Position numbers and translations under genes: made by a program. Of a stretch of 64,000 nucleotides of DNA, positions 13,221 to 26,767 are shown in pieces. How positions within the stretch are numbered: position 1 is the stretch's first letter; each line of letters starts with the position of its first letter. The stretch comes from Octopus vulgaris. Taxonomy: Eukaryota. The notes beneath the pieces were generated by a model. The model ran no database searches and was not told the origin of the DNA. It saw only the letters and a program-made list of their open reading frames with translations. Location: contig OX597833.1 of the NCBI GenBank assembly GCA_951406725.2, positions 28,458,001-28,522,000 of the forward strand. Direction: 5' to 3'.

Positions 13221-14201
13221 ATACATGTGTAGTACCCGTTGTTGATATTTTTCTGTAAACAAGAATTGTGTGTCAACACAGAGATATTCAACATGGTATA
13301 GGTTCAGTGCCCAATAATGCTATTTTCTCTATGTTAAGTTTAAATTCTGGTGTTTAAGTTATGTATTTGTCCAGTTTCATTTCTATCATTTCTAGGGAAA
13401 CCCATTATCATGAGCATAGTTATGTTAACAATCCAACATTCTGGTTATCTCTATTTCCTGATTATTATATTTGGATAACTCCACCATTTCTTTTAAAGAT
13501 ACATCACTCTGTGCTGGAATTCATACAGCAATAAGGAAACTTTTTTCTGATAGTCTTTAACAATGTCTGGATGATTTACCCTAACCTCCTCCCTACCACT
13601 ATGAAATGGTTGTCACACAGAATTGGCCACTTTGTCATTCTCTGAAACTTGTTCTGGTCTATTTTGGTATCTCTTTTCCATTGGTTTTTCACAATGCTAG
13701 TTCCACTCTCACGTTAATTTCCCAAGCAGGCTGTTCCATTGATCAGATTAACTGGAACCCTTGTAGTAACTGATGAAGTCCCAGTTATACTTACTATTTC
13801 AATTTCAAAAGTACTTTTGTTTGAAGATCTCTTTCCAGTCTAATTTCAGTTAATGTTACAATCATTGGCAGAAGGACAAGTTGTTGTTGTTGTTTAATCT
13901 CCACCACCACCTCCCAGTGAACACTGATAAAGTACACTTATGACCAAAGGAGTTCCAGCTGTGACCATCCAGCTAATTTAGGACTACACTATCTAATGTG
14001 CGCTTCCCTTATTTAAGATGGTGAATTGAAGGAGATCTGGTTGCTATTTTAACAGGTTTTGTTAATTGAATGAAATATTTGGACACAAAATCATCTTCAA
14101 AGACCAAGATGTCAGTCAAGCACAGGTTAGTCAGTCCTAAGAACCAGACAACCGCTTGCAGAAAGAAATGAAATGGAAAAAAACAATGAAAGAATGCTTA
14201 C

Positions 14202-14374
14202 CTCAGCTTCCCAGATGAATATTCCAACATAGATGAAGACATAGACTGTCATGAATACAGCAACCTTGATGGAGCCTATTTGACTGATGTAACCCCTTGT
14301 AATGGTGAACCCTTTGCCAAGAAGAATCAACATCAACTGGAAAGTCATCACACTGACAGCTTGGCATATGTAGG
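14202..14374 (-). CDS. TMEM145: TMEM145-like exon G (173 nt, phase 1/0): AYICQAVSVMTFQLMLILLGKGFTITRG...IFIWEAE
   Basis: Acceptor ttcttttcag, donor gtaagc; LMLILLGKGFTxTRG motif. Confidence 0.95.
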
Positions 14375-14899
14375 CTGAAAAGAATTTTTGTTTTATTTGG
14401 TAATGAGCCAACATATGTGTCAAATACTCTGAGGAATAATTCAGCTATAATGGAAAGATAAAGAGACAAGGAAACTTTTCTATATGGATCCTTCATCAAT
14501 TTCAATGATGAGGATTACAGTTGTTTGATGAACAAGGTAAGGATTTTTGAATGACAGACAGGCAGAGTTCATTTATGAGATTTCACACAATTTCCATCTA
14601 TCCAGTTTCATACACAAGTCTTAAATTGACCTGAAGCCATAGAAGAAGACATTTGCCCACACTACTGCATCATGAGATTAAACCCAGAGCCTCATGGTTG
14701 GTTTCAAAGCAAAATTCTCAACTATTCTACCATGTCTACATCAAGAAACATTTGCAAACTGATGGAATCTTTGGGATATCAGAAAATATGTTTCTTTATG
14801 TAACAAATAACAATTAACTACTATCTTCATAGAAGTATGGCTTGAAGTCTTAATACTCATGCCACCACACTAAGGACAGTAATTCAATGCTTGTGATAC

Positions 14900-15200
14900 A
14901 CTAGAATGGTCACACAATGTGTATGAGACACACTGGCAGAGGACAGTAAAACAATGGTTGTGGTATACAATTGCAGAATGCTGAGACAGTGACACATGAT
15001 TGCAAGATGTAACACACTAGGATCATAACAGAATGTGTGTAGAATAGAGAGACTATCAGATAACACTTGTGACGTGCTGGGACAATAATAGAATGCTTAT
15101 GGCAGGCTGGGATGGCAATACCTCATTGTTGATATGCTGGAACAATAACAGAATACACATAGCAGGGTGGGAGGATGCCACTGAATTGGTGAAATGTTGG
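14900..15200. repeat. Degenerate minisatellite (about 60-bp period)
   Basis: Recurring (a)cagaat...gtgaca/tgctggga(a)caata motifs. Confidence 0.45.
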
Positions 15201-15297
15201 GAGGCTAACGTTGTACTCATGGCACTCTGCAACAGCAATCCTGCACAATAACACAACTATTGAAATTACATAACATTCAAGATTACAGAACACAATG

Positions 15298-15515
15298 TTA
15301 ACACTTTTTTACCATGCTTCTGTTGAAACACCACTGCCTTTAATTTCAATTAATTTTGAAAATAATGAAGAATTTAGTAAAATAAATCAAGCTGGTGTTT
15401 GGAATGTGAATTAACAAAATTTTAATGGAAGGTTTTAATTTAAATCACTTTAAATGGAGAATTTGTATTATAGAACTAGAGGTAGTGTCAGGTGAGTTGG
15501 TATTAAAAGAGTTGA
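15298..15515. mobile_element. Decayed TTAA-type (piggyBac-like) MITE
   Basis: Imperfect termini ttaacacttttt... and ...attaaaagagttga. Confidence 0.4.
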
Positions 15516-15844
15516 AACCATGACACAGCAGCAAAATAATTTTATAAATACAACAGCAACAACAATATCATTTCTAATTTAGGAATAATGCCAGCAGTTT
15601 TAAGGAAAAGGAGTGAATCAATTAAATTAACCCTAGCATATATTCACAACAGCAATACCACTAGCTTATATCATTAGCCACAGCTAAGGCCAATGAGGGT
15701 AACCAATACACAGTTGCTTGACCTGCTGAAAAGTAACCAAATCTGCCTCAATTCACACCATTTCAAGCTAAAGGACAGGCATATTGGATTAATTAAGTCC
15801 TTAATTCATTATGCCTGAAAACAAGATGGTAAATTCATAGTCTC

Positions 15845-17795
15845 AACACAGCATGATAAAATGAAAAAAATTACTTTAGCAAGAAGTAATTAGAGTGATT
15901 TTAGCTAATTTTAGGATGCTCTTTCTGAATACAAAGTCAATTTTGCTCCATCACAACTAGGTTTTGATCTACAAGATGACCAACTACATACCAAATGTAG
16001 TGTGTTTCTATTAGTCATTTAAGAATGCTTTGGATTGTGATAACCATTAATGAGAGAGGGCTCTAAAAGTAGAAATAACACATTAGGACATGACTTATTT
16101 TTAGAACACTTTGATTTAAATGCATGTTATTGTGACTTGTATCAAATTGGTAATTGCTCTGTACATTGTGGAGTGTTGTCTTTTATTTCTCTATTTTGCA
16201 TTGCTTCAAGACATGTATGTTGCAATGACACAGATCATTTTTGCTACTTCTGTGGAGAATATGCATTCAAGAACTAGGAGAAACATCACAGCACTCATAC
16301 AAATAATATACAAGGATTACTTCAAAGTGAAACTTGGAGACCAATATAAGTGTTTTGTTCCACATATTGTATACAGTGCTTGACTTTCCTTATGGTCCAG
16401 TGGCAAGCTGAAGCAAATGCCATTTGCAACTCCAATGCAGTGGCAAGAATAAAGCAACCATTCTACTGATTGCTATTTTTTGCATTACAAATGCTGAGGG
16501 GTTCAATAAGAAAACTGCAAAGTATATCAAGCATGTCAGAAGACAGCCATATGAAGATGAAATTCTTCCTGTGCCAAGCAATCAACTACTGAGTGAATCA
16601 GACAATAATTCAAATAACAAAACTGGATGTGAGGACCTAGTGGATGACAAGAATTTTGAAATTCTTCATTCTTGCTCCAAAATAAGTCAAGAACAATTGG
16701 ATAATTTTGTTTGAAAGTTGGGACTTTCCAAGAATGATATTTACTTGGCTGGAACAAAGCTCAGAGAATTTGGAGTCTTAGCTCAAGGAACCAAAATATC
16801 AGCATACATGTACTGAGAGTAGAAACTTATTGAATTTTTCAACACACATGATGAACTAGGTTTAGTTTATTGCAAGAACATTACCAGTTTGGTGATAGCA
16901 CTGGAAATTTCTTATGATGTCAAGACAGATAGTGGTTATTCCTTGACGGCAGTGTTCCCACCTTAAAGGCAGTCCACTTGCATGGTGGAAATGGATACCC
17001 AGGTATTCTAGTGGGTTATTCAAGAAAGGTTAAATAGTCACATAACACTATCAATGTGTTACTTTCCTTGATCAGGTATGGGGATTTCAAGTGGAAAGCT
17101 GAATTTGAAGATAGTAGTGTTTTTTTTTAAAACTGGAATACAGAAGGGTTACACAAAGTTTTGCTATTTCTTGTGATTGTGGGACAGCTGGGCTCAAAAC
17201 GAGCCCTACAGTTGGCAGGATTGACCAGTTTGTCATGAATAGAGACCAGGGAATAAAATATATTCAATACATACCACTACTTTCACCTGAGCTAATTGTG
17301 TTACTATCACTACATATCAAAACTTGGAATCTTCAAATATTTTGCAAAGTCCCTGGACCCCGAGAAGCAACCAATCAAGTTGCTGAAAGATTAGAGAAGG
17401 TGTGTTGAAATTCAATGAACAAAGCTGAATGACAAGCTTATGATGCTATGTTAAAGAGAGTTGAAAACTTTCTAGGAAAGAACCACAGCCTGAATTACAA
17501 GGCAATCCTAGCTGATCTTCGAGACTTATTTGATGCACAGAGTGTCAAAATGTACTTGAAGATTCACTATCTAAAGAGTCACTTAGATTTCTTTTGTTTG
17601 GAAAGTTTTTTTAGTGTGTATTGTTATTTTAACAGTGATTAATTATAGTTTAGTACATTAATTACATGCAATATCACAAGATTAGACATTTTCTTCTGTA
17701 AATGTAGTATATGTGAGATATCTTATAGATAAAAGTGTAGACACGAAAGAGCAAAATGAATTTCATATTCCATAAAGAGCACTCTAAACTTAATT
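15845..17795 (+). mobile_element. Degenerate Chapaev3-like (CMC superfamily) DNA transposon
   Basis: Broken translation: CCNDTDHFCYFCGEY, YKDYFKVKLGDQYKCFVPHIV, MPFATPMQW...NHSTDCYFC, LHI(K)LGIFKYFAKSL, MYLKIHYLKSHLDFF. These are motifs I associate with Chapaev3 transposases. Boundaries are approximate. Confidence 0.72.
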
Positions 17796-17799
17796 AATA

Positions 17800-18125
17800 T
17801 CATGGGCTAGAAGAGGCCTCGTGTCAGGCCCCACACCAGATGGCTGAACGTGATTGGGGAAGATCTCCAGAGGCTCAATGTCACATGGAGGATATATAGA
17901 GGGGCTAACATGGGACTGCCAGCAATGGACAGCACTGAGGACCTGGTCAGCTCTATGCATGATGACATCTCTAGGAGCACTAACTTGGGATGACCCCAGC
18001 CCCAAGAGCATGAAGCAAGCAAACAAGAAGCACCTTAAATAATGTTTGCTAAAACATTAGTGTCACGAAGTGTAATTTAGTCTGTTCAATCGGGGCTGCT
18101 CTGGAACTAAACGCCACCACCATAG
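17800..18125 (+). mobile_element. 3' end fragment of an RTE-like LINE
   Basis: Translation ...KRPRVRPHTRWLNVIGEDLQR resembles an RTE C-terminal R-x-R-G-R-P-x-x-R-W motif. Confidence 0.5.
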
Positions 18126-19253
18126 AACACCATTTCAAAAATGCCATCCATCCTACTCAGTCCAGACAAACACAAAAATGACAACAAACGCAACAGAGGA
18201 ATGGTCACAACTAGAGACTGTCAACATTCTATAAATTGTTATTTCCAGGAAATTGAGATTATCAAACAAATAATTCCCAGGCTCCCAGGGAGAGATACCA
18301 TTTTTTTTTCTCAAAGATTTGGACACTAGAAACCAAGAATCATGAACATTAAAAATTATTCCGTTAAAAAAAAATTATAGAAAAAAATAAGAATTTATGA
18401 AATAGAAAAAGAAAAAAAATATCCTTAATTCTATTAATGCTTCCAATTTAATGAGATTGATAGGGCCATGAAAGCAAAAAAAAAAAAATACATTAGTTTT
18501 ATCAGCCATACTTTTCTATACTGGCTTAGGTCATATTAGAAGAGGGTATTAACTTTGGAGTTTTCATTCTTCTAAATTGATTGCTTTCACTGCAGCTAAG
18601 GAGCTCAATCTACCCATATAAAAATCTATTTAACTAATAGATGGGACCCTGACAGAAACTACTGTTCTGGGTCAGAACAGACCTGGGAGTAATGGTAATT
18701 AAGGAGTAACTTCATGCTCCCCACAACTCCAGAAGTTCCAAACTGAAGCCTCACCACCAGATGCAATTTAATGTCTTACCCAGGTCTACATCAGAATCTA
18801 GACTGCAAAATAGGTTGTTTTCTGGAAGACCAGCGGTTGCCCAAGCATACCAGCCTCCCCTCTTCATGTCACTGATGTTATTCAAGGGAAAGGCAAAAAT
18901 TGATACAGCTTGGCACCAGTGATGTCACAACTCATTTCTACAGCTGAGTGAACGAGAGCAACATGAAATACAGTGTCTTGCTCAAGAACACAACCCACAG
19001 CCTGCACCAGGAATTAAACTTAAAAAATTCGTGATTTTGATGCTCTAACCACTGAGCCATGCCCCTTCACTCCCATCCTACATACACTATACATAAACCT
19101 GTGCATGTCGAACAGCATGCTATAGTCCTTAGCAGACACACTATTATGTACATACAATAGAAGACACATACACTCTAAGACACAGACAGAAACACACACA
19201 CACACACAAAGAATTATACATGTCCAAAAGAGGTAAGTTTGAGTGATTCTTAC

Positions 19254-19403
19254 CCAATATTTTATACTCTCTTTTCTCAATGCCAGTCTCTGCGTACTTG
19301 CCATAATGTATACAGATGAAAAATAGGAAGCCAATATACATCATTATAGAGAAGATGAACATCTTGTAAGTGGAGTGGTAGAGCTGACGGTTACGGAGGA
19401 TTA
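19254..19403 (-). CDS. TMEM145: TMEM145-like exon F (150 nt, phase 1/1): (I)ILRNRQLYHSTYKMFIFSIMMYIGFLFFICIHYGKYAETGIEKREYKIL
   Basis: Acceptor tgtgtttcag, donor gtaaga; RQLxHxTYKMF motif. Confidence 0.93.
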
Positions 19404-20187
19404 CTGAAACACACAAACAAAACAATATTTCACAATTATTATTATCATTATTATTACTATTATTATTATTATTACTTTTACTTATCATTATGTCTAATCC
19501 TCCACCCCATTTTTATGTAATACTGTTTTGTTTAATAGAAAACTACTATTTTTACATCTCACAACGTGACTAGCTGTCACTTTGAAAACTATATATTTCG
19601 AATGGGAATTTAGTAGTGCCACCTCTAGCCGAACAATTATTCTGCGCTGAAGGGAAAATAACCCAGAAATCGTGATACACAGATATTGTTTTGAGCTGAG
19701 TGGGGGTACTAGATTCCCTTGTTCGAAAATATAAGGACACAGATCGAGTCATATAGCCAGCTGGAGACAATGTCTCCTGGGGCTAAATTACAGCAACATT
19801 AGTCCTAAACCAGGACTGCCATGTTATGTTGGCAAACAATCTTTACTGTTTTGTTTATATTCACATATAGGCAAAGATGTGGTTGTGTGGTAAGAAGCTT
19901 GCTTCCCAACCACATGGTTCCAGGTTCAGTCCCATTGTGTGGCACCTTGGGAAAGTGTTTTCTACTATAGTCTCAGGCTAACCAAAGCCGTGTGAGTGGA
20001 GTTGATAGACAGAAACTGAAAGAAGCCAGTCTGTGTGTGTATCTGTGTATGTCTTTCTGTCTATATTTATCCCCCACCACTGCTTGACAACCAGTGTTGG
20101 TGTGTTTACATCCACATAACTTAGCAATTTGGCAAAAAAGAACAATAGAATAAGTACCAGGCTTCAGCTACACCACAAACATTAGAT

Positions 20188-20900
20188 CAGTGCTTCCCAG
20201 CCTATTTTCCCCTAGGCCCCACTATAACTTTCCTGAAAAATTTATGCCCCACCAGTGGTTGGAAAAAAACAACTTTATTTTTAACATTTTATCACAAGAG
20301 GCAGCAAGCAGACAGAATCATTAGCATGCTGGGCAAAATGCTTAGCAGTATTTTGTCCATCATTACATTCTGAGTTCAAATTCCACTGTGGTCAATTCCA
20401 CCTTTCATCCTTCAAGGGTCACTAAAACAAACGTACCAGTTGAGCACTAGGATCAATGGAATTGACTTACCCACTCCCCTGAAATTATTGGCCTCATGTC
20501 AAAATCTAAAGCTAATATTTTATCAATTATCTAACACAAAAGAATCTACTGGTAACTCCTTTACGGAGTACAAAAAAAAAAATGAATACATTATTGACTA
20601 AGAAAGAAAAAGTGAATCACTTTAATGAGAATCTTGTCCCTGGCGAATACAGCAGATTTCCTTGATTCGAGATAACAATTTTGTTAGCTTCAATCATGGC
20701 ATTAGAATAGCACTATACTGTAGCAAACAGCCTTCATACAGTATACTTGGCAGTAGGGTTTGGTTTGGCTAGGCTGGGTAACAGGTGTAGTATGTTTGCT
20801 GTAGAAAAAAGATTTTCACAATTCCATGTCCCACCAAAAAAAAAAAAGAAGAAAAGTTTTGGATTCCATGCCATGCCACAATTTTCCCAGGTCCCACTCA
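20188..20900 (-). mobile_element. Possible hAT (Charlie-like) remnant interrupted by a SINE
   Basis: A cagtgcttcccagcct terminus at 20188 and a decayed hAT-dimerisation-like segment at about 20640-20750. Confidence 0.4.
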
Positions 20901-21294
20901 AATAAAAAGCAGGCACGGTCAATAAGTATATAATACAATAAAGTATATAATATTGTCTACCCTGGTGTGATGTCAGTTTGTAGAAGAAACTTTACACCCA
21001 TAAAAAAGACTATCCTCTTTAACCTTTTATCTTTTACTTGTTTCAGACTACGGCCATGCTGAGGCACTGCCTGGAAGAATTTTAATCAAACAAATCACCC
21101 CCAGTACTTAATTTTTCAAGCCTGGTACTTATTCTATAGGTCTCTTTTGCCAAACCGCTATGTTACAGGGATATAAACATACCAAATGCAGTTGTCAAAG
21201 GGTGGTGGCAACAAAGACAAACACATTCACTCTCACATACACACACAGAGATTTTTCACTATTATTATTACTATTATTATTATTATTATTATGG

Positions 21295-21510
21295 TGGTGG
21301 TGAGCTGGTAGAATCATTAGCATACCAGGCAAAATGCTTAGTAATATTTCGCCTGTTTGCATGTTCTGAGTTCAAATTCCCCTGCGGTTGACTTTGCCTT
21401 TTGTCCTTTTGGGGTCAATAAATTAAGTACCAGTCAAAGACTGGGGTTAATGTAATCGACTAGTCCACTCCCCCAAAATTTCAAGCCTTGTGCCTTTAGT
21501 AGAAAGCATT
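21295..21510 (+). mobile_element. SINE family 2 (representative copy)
   Basis: gagctggtagaatcattagca...gttctgagttcaaatt (B-box-like)...gactttgcctttt. Other copies at about 20298-20515(+), 7065-7260(-), 7600-7730(+) and 29975-30085(+). Confidence 0.7.
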
Positions 21511-22033
21511 ATAATTACCTCCACCTTAGCGAAGGCGGAGGTAATGTTTACAGTTGTGTTTGTTTATTTGCTTGTCCATGGACACGATATCTCAAGAACC
21601 GCTGGATGAATTCGGATGAAACTTTCAGGGATGTTTGGCCTCATGACTGGCATGAACTGATTAGATTTTGGGATCTCAGAGTGGCTGTTCAGAGCATCTC
21701 CCTTACCATCCTCAGGGCAGCACGTTTTCCATTTTGCCTGCTGAAACCATGAGACAGTCTGATTCCTACCTGCATAAATGTGTGGCCCTGTGAAGATGCA
21801 GGCATGGCTCTGTGATAAGAAGTTTGTTTCCCAACTACATGGTTCTGGGTTCAGTCCCACTACATAGCACTTCGGACAAGTGCCTTCGGCTATAGCCTGG
21901 GACCAACCAAAACCTTATGACTTTAATGGAAAGTTGCTGCATATAAATTGCTCTGTTAAATTCTCATTTCTGATGCATTGCTCAAGAAAAATAAACTATC
22001 TTACATTAAATAGTGTGAGTTGAAGAGACTTAC

Positions 22034-22105
22034 TAGAAAAGACAACAGCAACACAGGCCAAGATGACAAAGAAGATCAGAAATGCTATATCCACTTCTAG
22101 AATAG
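22034..22105 (-). CDS. TMEM145: TMEM145-like exon E (72 nt, phase 1/1): (T)ILEVDIAFLIFFVILACVAVVFS, first TM helix
   Basis: Acceptor tttctatttctag, donor gtaagt; hydrophobic helix following ILExD. Absent from the ORF track. Confidence 0.9.
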
Positions 22106-22959
22106 CTAGAAATAGAAATAAAAATAGGTTAATAAACTACTCGTACTGACCATATACATACTTCTTAACCACACATTGACTACACACACAGTTCTATTCA
22201 CACTGTGCACAAGTCAGTCTGACAGATACATATATGCACATACTAACCACAGAGTTCACATGTTGGTCATACACTGATTACATTCCACACATACTGACTT
22301 TCCCATATATATTACTGCAATGAAGAAGCCTATAAGTCGTCAGCATACCTGACAGTCATAACAATCAAATCTTCCTCAAATTTCAAACTTACAATCTTAA
22401 GAAAGGAAAGGATGCATTGGATAATTAAGCCTCAAACACATCACAAAAACCAGAAAAAGGAATGGTCTAAGCTGGAAGGTCATTAACCATAGGCCTAACC
22501 AGTGCTGACCTGATGCTAAAAATGAATAACACACTAACTGCAGAGTTCACATTGATTGTAATTTTCAAACACTGATGTCACACACACAGAGTTCATTTAC
22601 TGACCATAGAGCTCTTAATACACACACCCACCCACAGACCATACATCACACACACACTCCAGCCATAGTTTAAACATACACATCATCTACACTACACACA
22701 CATGCCAACATTGAACACACATACTCACTCACACACACATTCATATCCACATTAACCACACACACACACAATCAACTACATACACATTAAGCACATGCAT
22801 CCACTGCACTGTACACACACTAACCACACATTATGCATACATGCGTCAACCACACAGTACACATACACACACATGCAGGCATGTACACATACATACACAC
22901 AATGTACGCAAACATATCACACAATAAATACACCTTAACAGAAAAGTAAGAGATCTTAC

Positions 22960-23044
22960 TAAATTGGTCAGCAGACAGTTCCCTGTGGAAATAATCCCCA
23001 AGATTACCATTGGTCAGGTGTAGGTAGTAGGTGAGATTGATACC
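22960..23044 (-). CDS. TMEM145: TMEM145-like exon D (85 nt, phase 0/1): GINLTYYLHLTNGNLGDYFHRELSADQF
   Basis: Acceptor ctccttattacag, donor gtaaga; LTNG...SAD motif. Confidence 0.92.
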
Positions 23045-23659
23045 CTGTAATAAGGAGAGAAAAGCCACAAATTTACAGTCAGGTTATTGGATAATGTATA
23101 TGATACTGAAGGAAGTACCATAGAGGTAAAAATGTAGTAACACAGCAGTGTTGGTGTAGGTAACGTGTAAATATTAACACAATGGTATGAGTTTAAGAAG
23201 TACAAATAGCTGTAGCAGAAACATTCAGCAATCACCTGATGACATAATTCACTGAATATTGCCCACATGAACAATAAAATCTGACAAATCACAACTTCGG
23301 GTGGAATAGGCTTCACCTGTGGCAGCTTGTAGATTAAATTAGTGAGAGTGCTGCTTCAGGAAATTTTTAGCCATTGTTTTAAAATTGTGTGAAAGGAAAC
23401 AAACATATAAAAAGAATATTTATACATAAACTTGATCAGTTCATGTTTTAGCCACTGCAAGGTAGAGTGTTTAATTTGTTCACTGAACACTGCTGTGAAT
23501 TCCCCCTTGTTTTTCAACTGCCCCACCCCCTCCCAATCACAAAATAAGGGTTAGAAATCTGCATTATTTTTCAAATTCTGGCAGCAACACTGAAGCTGGA
23601 AGCAGGATAATAATCTAATTCTACACTTTATCACGTTCAAGAATATAAACATGTTTTGA

Positions 23660-25486
23660 AGCACAAGCTGCAGGAGAAATACCTAGCCAAAGATAAGCTC
23701 CTGTACCTGGCTCTTGTTGACATGGAGAAAGCCTTCGACAGGGTCCCCCGATCCCTTATCTGGTGGTCAATGAGGAAACTAGGGATAGATGAATGGTTAG
23801 TGAGAGCTGTGTGAGCCATGTACAGGGATGCTGCTAGTAAGGTGAGGGTTGGCAACGATTAGAGTGAAGAATTCCGGTAGAGGTTGGGGTCCACCAAGGT
23901 TCAGTCCTCAGTCCCCTCCTATTTATCATAGTCCTCCAGGCAATAACGTAGGAATTCAAGACAGGATGCCCCTGGGAGCTCCTCTATGCTGATGACCTTG
24001 CTCTAACTGCTGAGTCATTATCAGAACTGGAGGAGAAGTTTCAGGTGTGGAAGCAAGGATTATAATCGAAGGGCCTTAGAGTCAACATAGCCAAAACCAA
24101 AGTCCTAATAAGTAGGAAGGTAGACAAATCACAAACGCCTTCAGGTAGATGGCCCTGCTCGATCTGTAGAAAAGGTGTAGGTAGAAACTCTATAAGATGC
24201 ACCAAGTGTAAGCTATGGACACATAAGAGGTGCAGCAATGTCAAAGGAAGGCTAACTAGGAAAATAGTCTTTGTTTGTGGCAGATGCTCAGGAGCAATAA
24301 ACACTGAAAATGTGCAGAAACCAACTTCCACCACATTCCAGGGAGAAAAACCAGAAGTAGTTGATAGCTTCCGTTACCTAAGTGACCAAGTCAGTAGCGG
24401 GGGTGGGGGTGCTGAAAGTGTAACTGCTAGAGTAAGAATAGCCTGGGCAAAGTTCAGAGAGCTCTTACCCCTGCTGGGGACAAAAGGCCTCTCACTCAGA
24501 GTAAAAGGCAGACTGTATGATGCATGTGCATGAACAGCCATGCTACATGGTAGTGAAACATGGGCCGTGACTGCTGAGGATATGTGTAAGCTCGCAAGAA
24601 ATGAAGCCAGTATGCTCTGACGGATGTGTAATGTCAGTGTTCATACTCGACAGAGTGTAAGTACCTTGAGAGAAAAGTTGGACCTAAGAAGCATCAGTTG
24701 TGGTGTGCAAGACAGACATTTGCACTGGTATGGTCATGTGACAAGAATGGCTGAAGATAGTTGTGTGAAAAAGTGCCACACCCTAGCAGTTGAGGGGAAC
24801 CTGTGGAAGAGGTAGTCCCAGGAAAACCTGGGACGAGGTGGTGAAGCACGACCTTCGAACTTTAGGTCTCAGCAAGGAAATGACTAGAGACTGAGACCTA
24901 TGGAAGTATGCTGTGCGTGAGAAGACCCGGCAGGACAAGTGAGACCACAACCCATGGCCTCTACCTGGGATGTAGCCAGTCGACTTATGCATACCTTTCC
25001 TTCTTGGGACACAAAACTCCACTTGTGAAGACCTGTTGAGGCAAGTGGAAATCAGAACCAAAATCGAAGTCGATCAACATCAATGGAAATTGCAGCTGTG
25101 ATACCAGTGCCGGTGGCACGTAAGCGAACCAGCCATTCGTGGCCATTGCCAGCACCGCCCCGACTGGCCTCTGTGCCAGTGGCACGTAATAAGTACCATC
25201 CGATCGTGGCCGTTGCCAGCCTAGCCTGGCCCCTGTGCCAGTGGAACGTAAAAAGCACCATCCGACTGTGGCCGTTTGCCAGCCCCGACTGGCACCTGTG
25301 CCAGTGGCACGTAAAAAGCACCCACTACACTCACGGAGTGGTTGGCGTTAGGAAGGGCATCCAGTGGTAGAAACATTGCCAGATCAGACTGGGCCTGGTG
25401 CAGCCTTCCGGCTTCCCAGACCCCAGTTGAACCGTCCAACACTAGCATGGAAAGCGGACGCTAAATGATGATGATGATGATGATGA
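23660..25486 (+). mobile_element. 5'-truncated RTE-clade LINE (RT C-terminal half plus repetitive 3' UTR, (GAT)n tail)
   Basis: LQEKYLAKDKLLYLALVDMEKAFDRVPR, GVHQGSVLSPLLF, LLYADDLAL, FRYLSDQV, KGRLYDAC, with scattered stops. The 3' UTR has gtgccagtggcacgtaa repeats and ends in gatgatgat. Confidence 0.93.
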
Positions 25487-25692
25487 ACACATGCAGAGTC
25501 AAAAAGAAACAATACCTTTCACTGGTACTGCATGAACAAGTGCTCTCTCTCCCTAGCATGAAGCTTCCTTTCTTGGACATGTGAGCATGTGCACAACAGC
25601 CAAATACCACGTCGCTTGAACTGTGAAGAACACAGTTCTATACAAGTTTTTTGTATTTTTTTCATAAACTAGGGGATGGCTACTGACATTAA

Positions 25693-26767
25693 CCCTTTCG
25701 TTACTATATTTCTGACCAAAATACACCCCTTATGTGTTTCAATTAATTTCTAACGTAATCATAAATTTAGTCTGGTTTCATTAAACAACTATAACTTTTT
25801 TATTTATCAATATGTTAACATGAATTTTGGAAGATAATTTAATGAAATGTTCTCAACCAATTCTATACTATAATTTTTGTCACAAAGTGACTCTAATTGC
25901 AGGTAGATACAGGTAAATTCAACAAAATATAAAATTATTAAAATTTTGTTCGAACATCGCTATAGAAAATTGGTTATTAGCTAATATTCAATTGGGTATA
26001 CAACAAAATTTTACGATAGAATTTATTATTCTGGGTAACTTTCTGATACCCATAATAATATTTATAGCAAAATAGTCTTAATTTCATTTAAGGTTGTGGG
26101 AAACCACAAAGTATCCTTTCTTTCGTTTTGTTTACATTTAGCGTAACGGTTCGTTTCCGCCGTAATGATTTCAAATAGACTCATTCGAAAAAGGAAAAAG
26201 AAATAGTCTAAGGCTTTACTCTTCTGGGAAAGTCTGTGGCTTGGTCCAGTTTCTTCAGAAAAATCACCGAAAGAAACAGTTTTTAAATTTTCACTCCATT
26301 CAGGTGCCAATTCATTTTCTTTATCGCTGTCGGAGCTCTCGGATTCACTGTTTTCACTTTCGGAAAATGAGACATCAGATTCATTATCAAATACCACATG
26401 CTTTTTTTTTTCAGTCATAGAGTTAGATTTATGAAGGTATTCAGTAGAAAATCCTTCGAATTCTGACTTGCTGCTTGATATAATGAAATTCGTATCCATT
26501 TTTTGTCAGAATTACAAATTTTGAAAACACAATAGGAACAAATTTCGGAAAAAAATCTTCCAAAATTCACGGAATTAAAATTACACTTCGATTGTTGTAC
26601 AAAACTGTAGTTGAACTCTTTACGAAGTATAATACGTGTTTTCACGAATGTACTAAAGAGATTTGCTCTGATATTCTCATTTAAATATGAATAGGTAAAT
26701 TCGGGCGGTTTTGGGCGACTTGGTCACATTAACCAAAATTTTTTCGGGCGGTTTGGTAACAAAAGGG
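25693..26767 (-). mobile_element. Internally deleted piggyBac element with TIRs and TTAA target duplication
   Basis: TTAA|CCCTTTCGTTAC ... GTAACAAAAGGG|TTAA; contains the N-terminal part of the transposase. Confidence 0.9.
26062..26499 (-). pseudogene. Truncated piggyBac transposase N-terminus (145 aa)
   Basis: Acidic/Ser-rich N-terminus, then ALDYFFFLF..LFEIITAETNRYA...WFPTTLNEIK. The DDD core is missing. Confidence 0.85.

Noticed and set aside
21706-21769. Apparent AG...GT exon on the minus strand
   Set aside because: It matches the LINE remnant at about 2505-2590, and exons E and F already join in frame without it.
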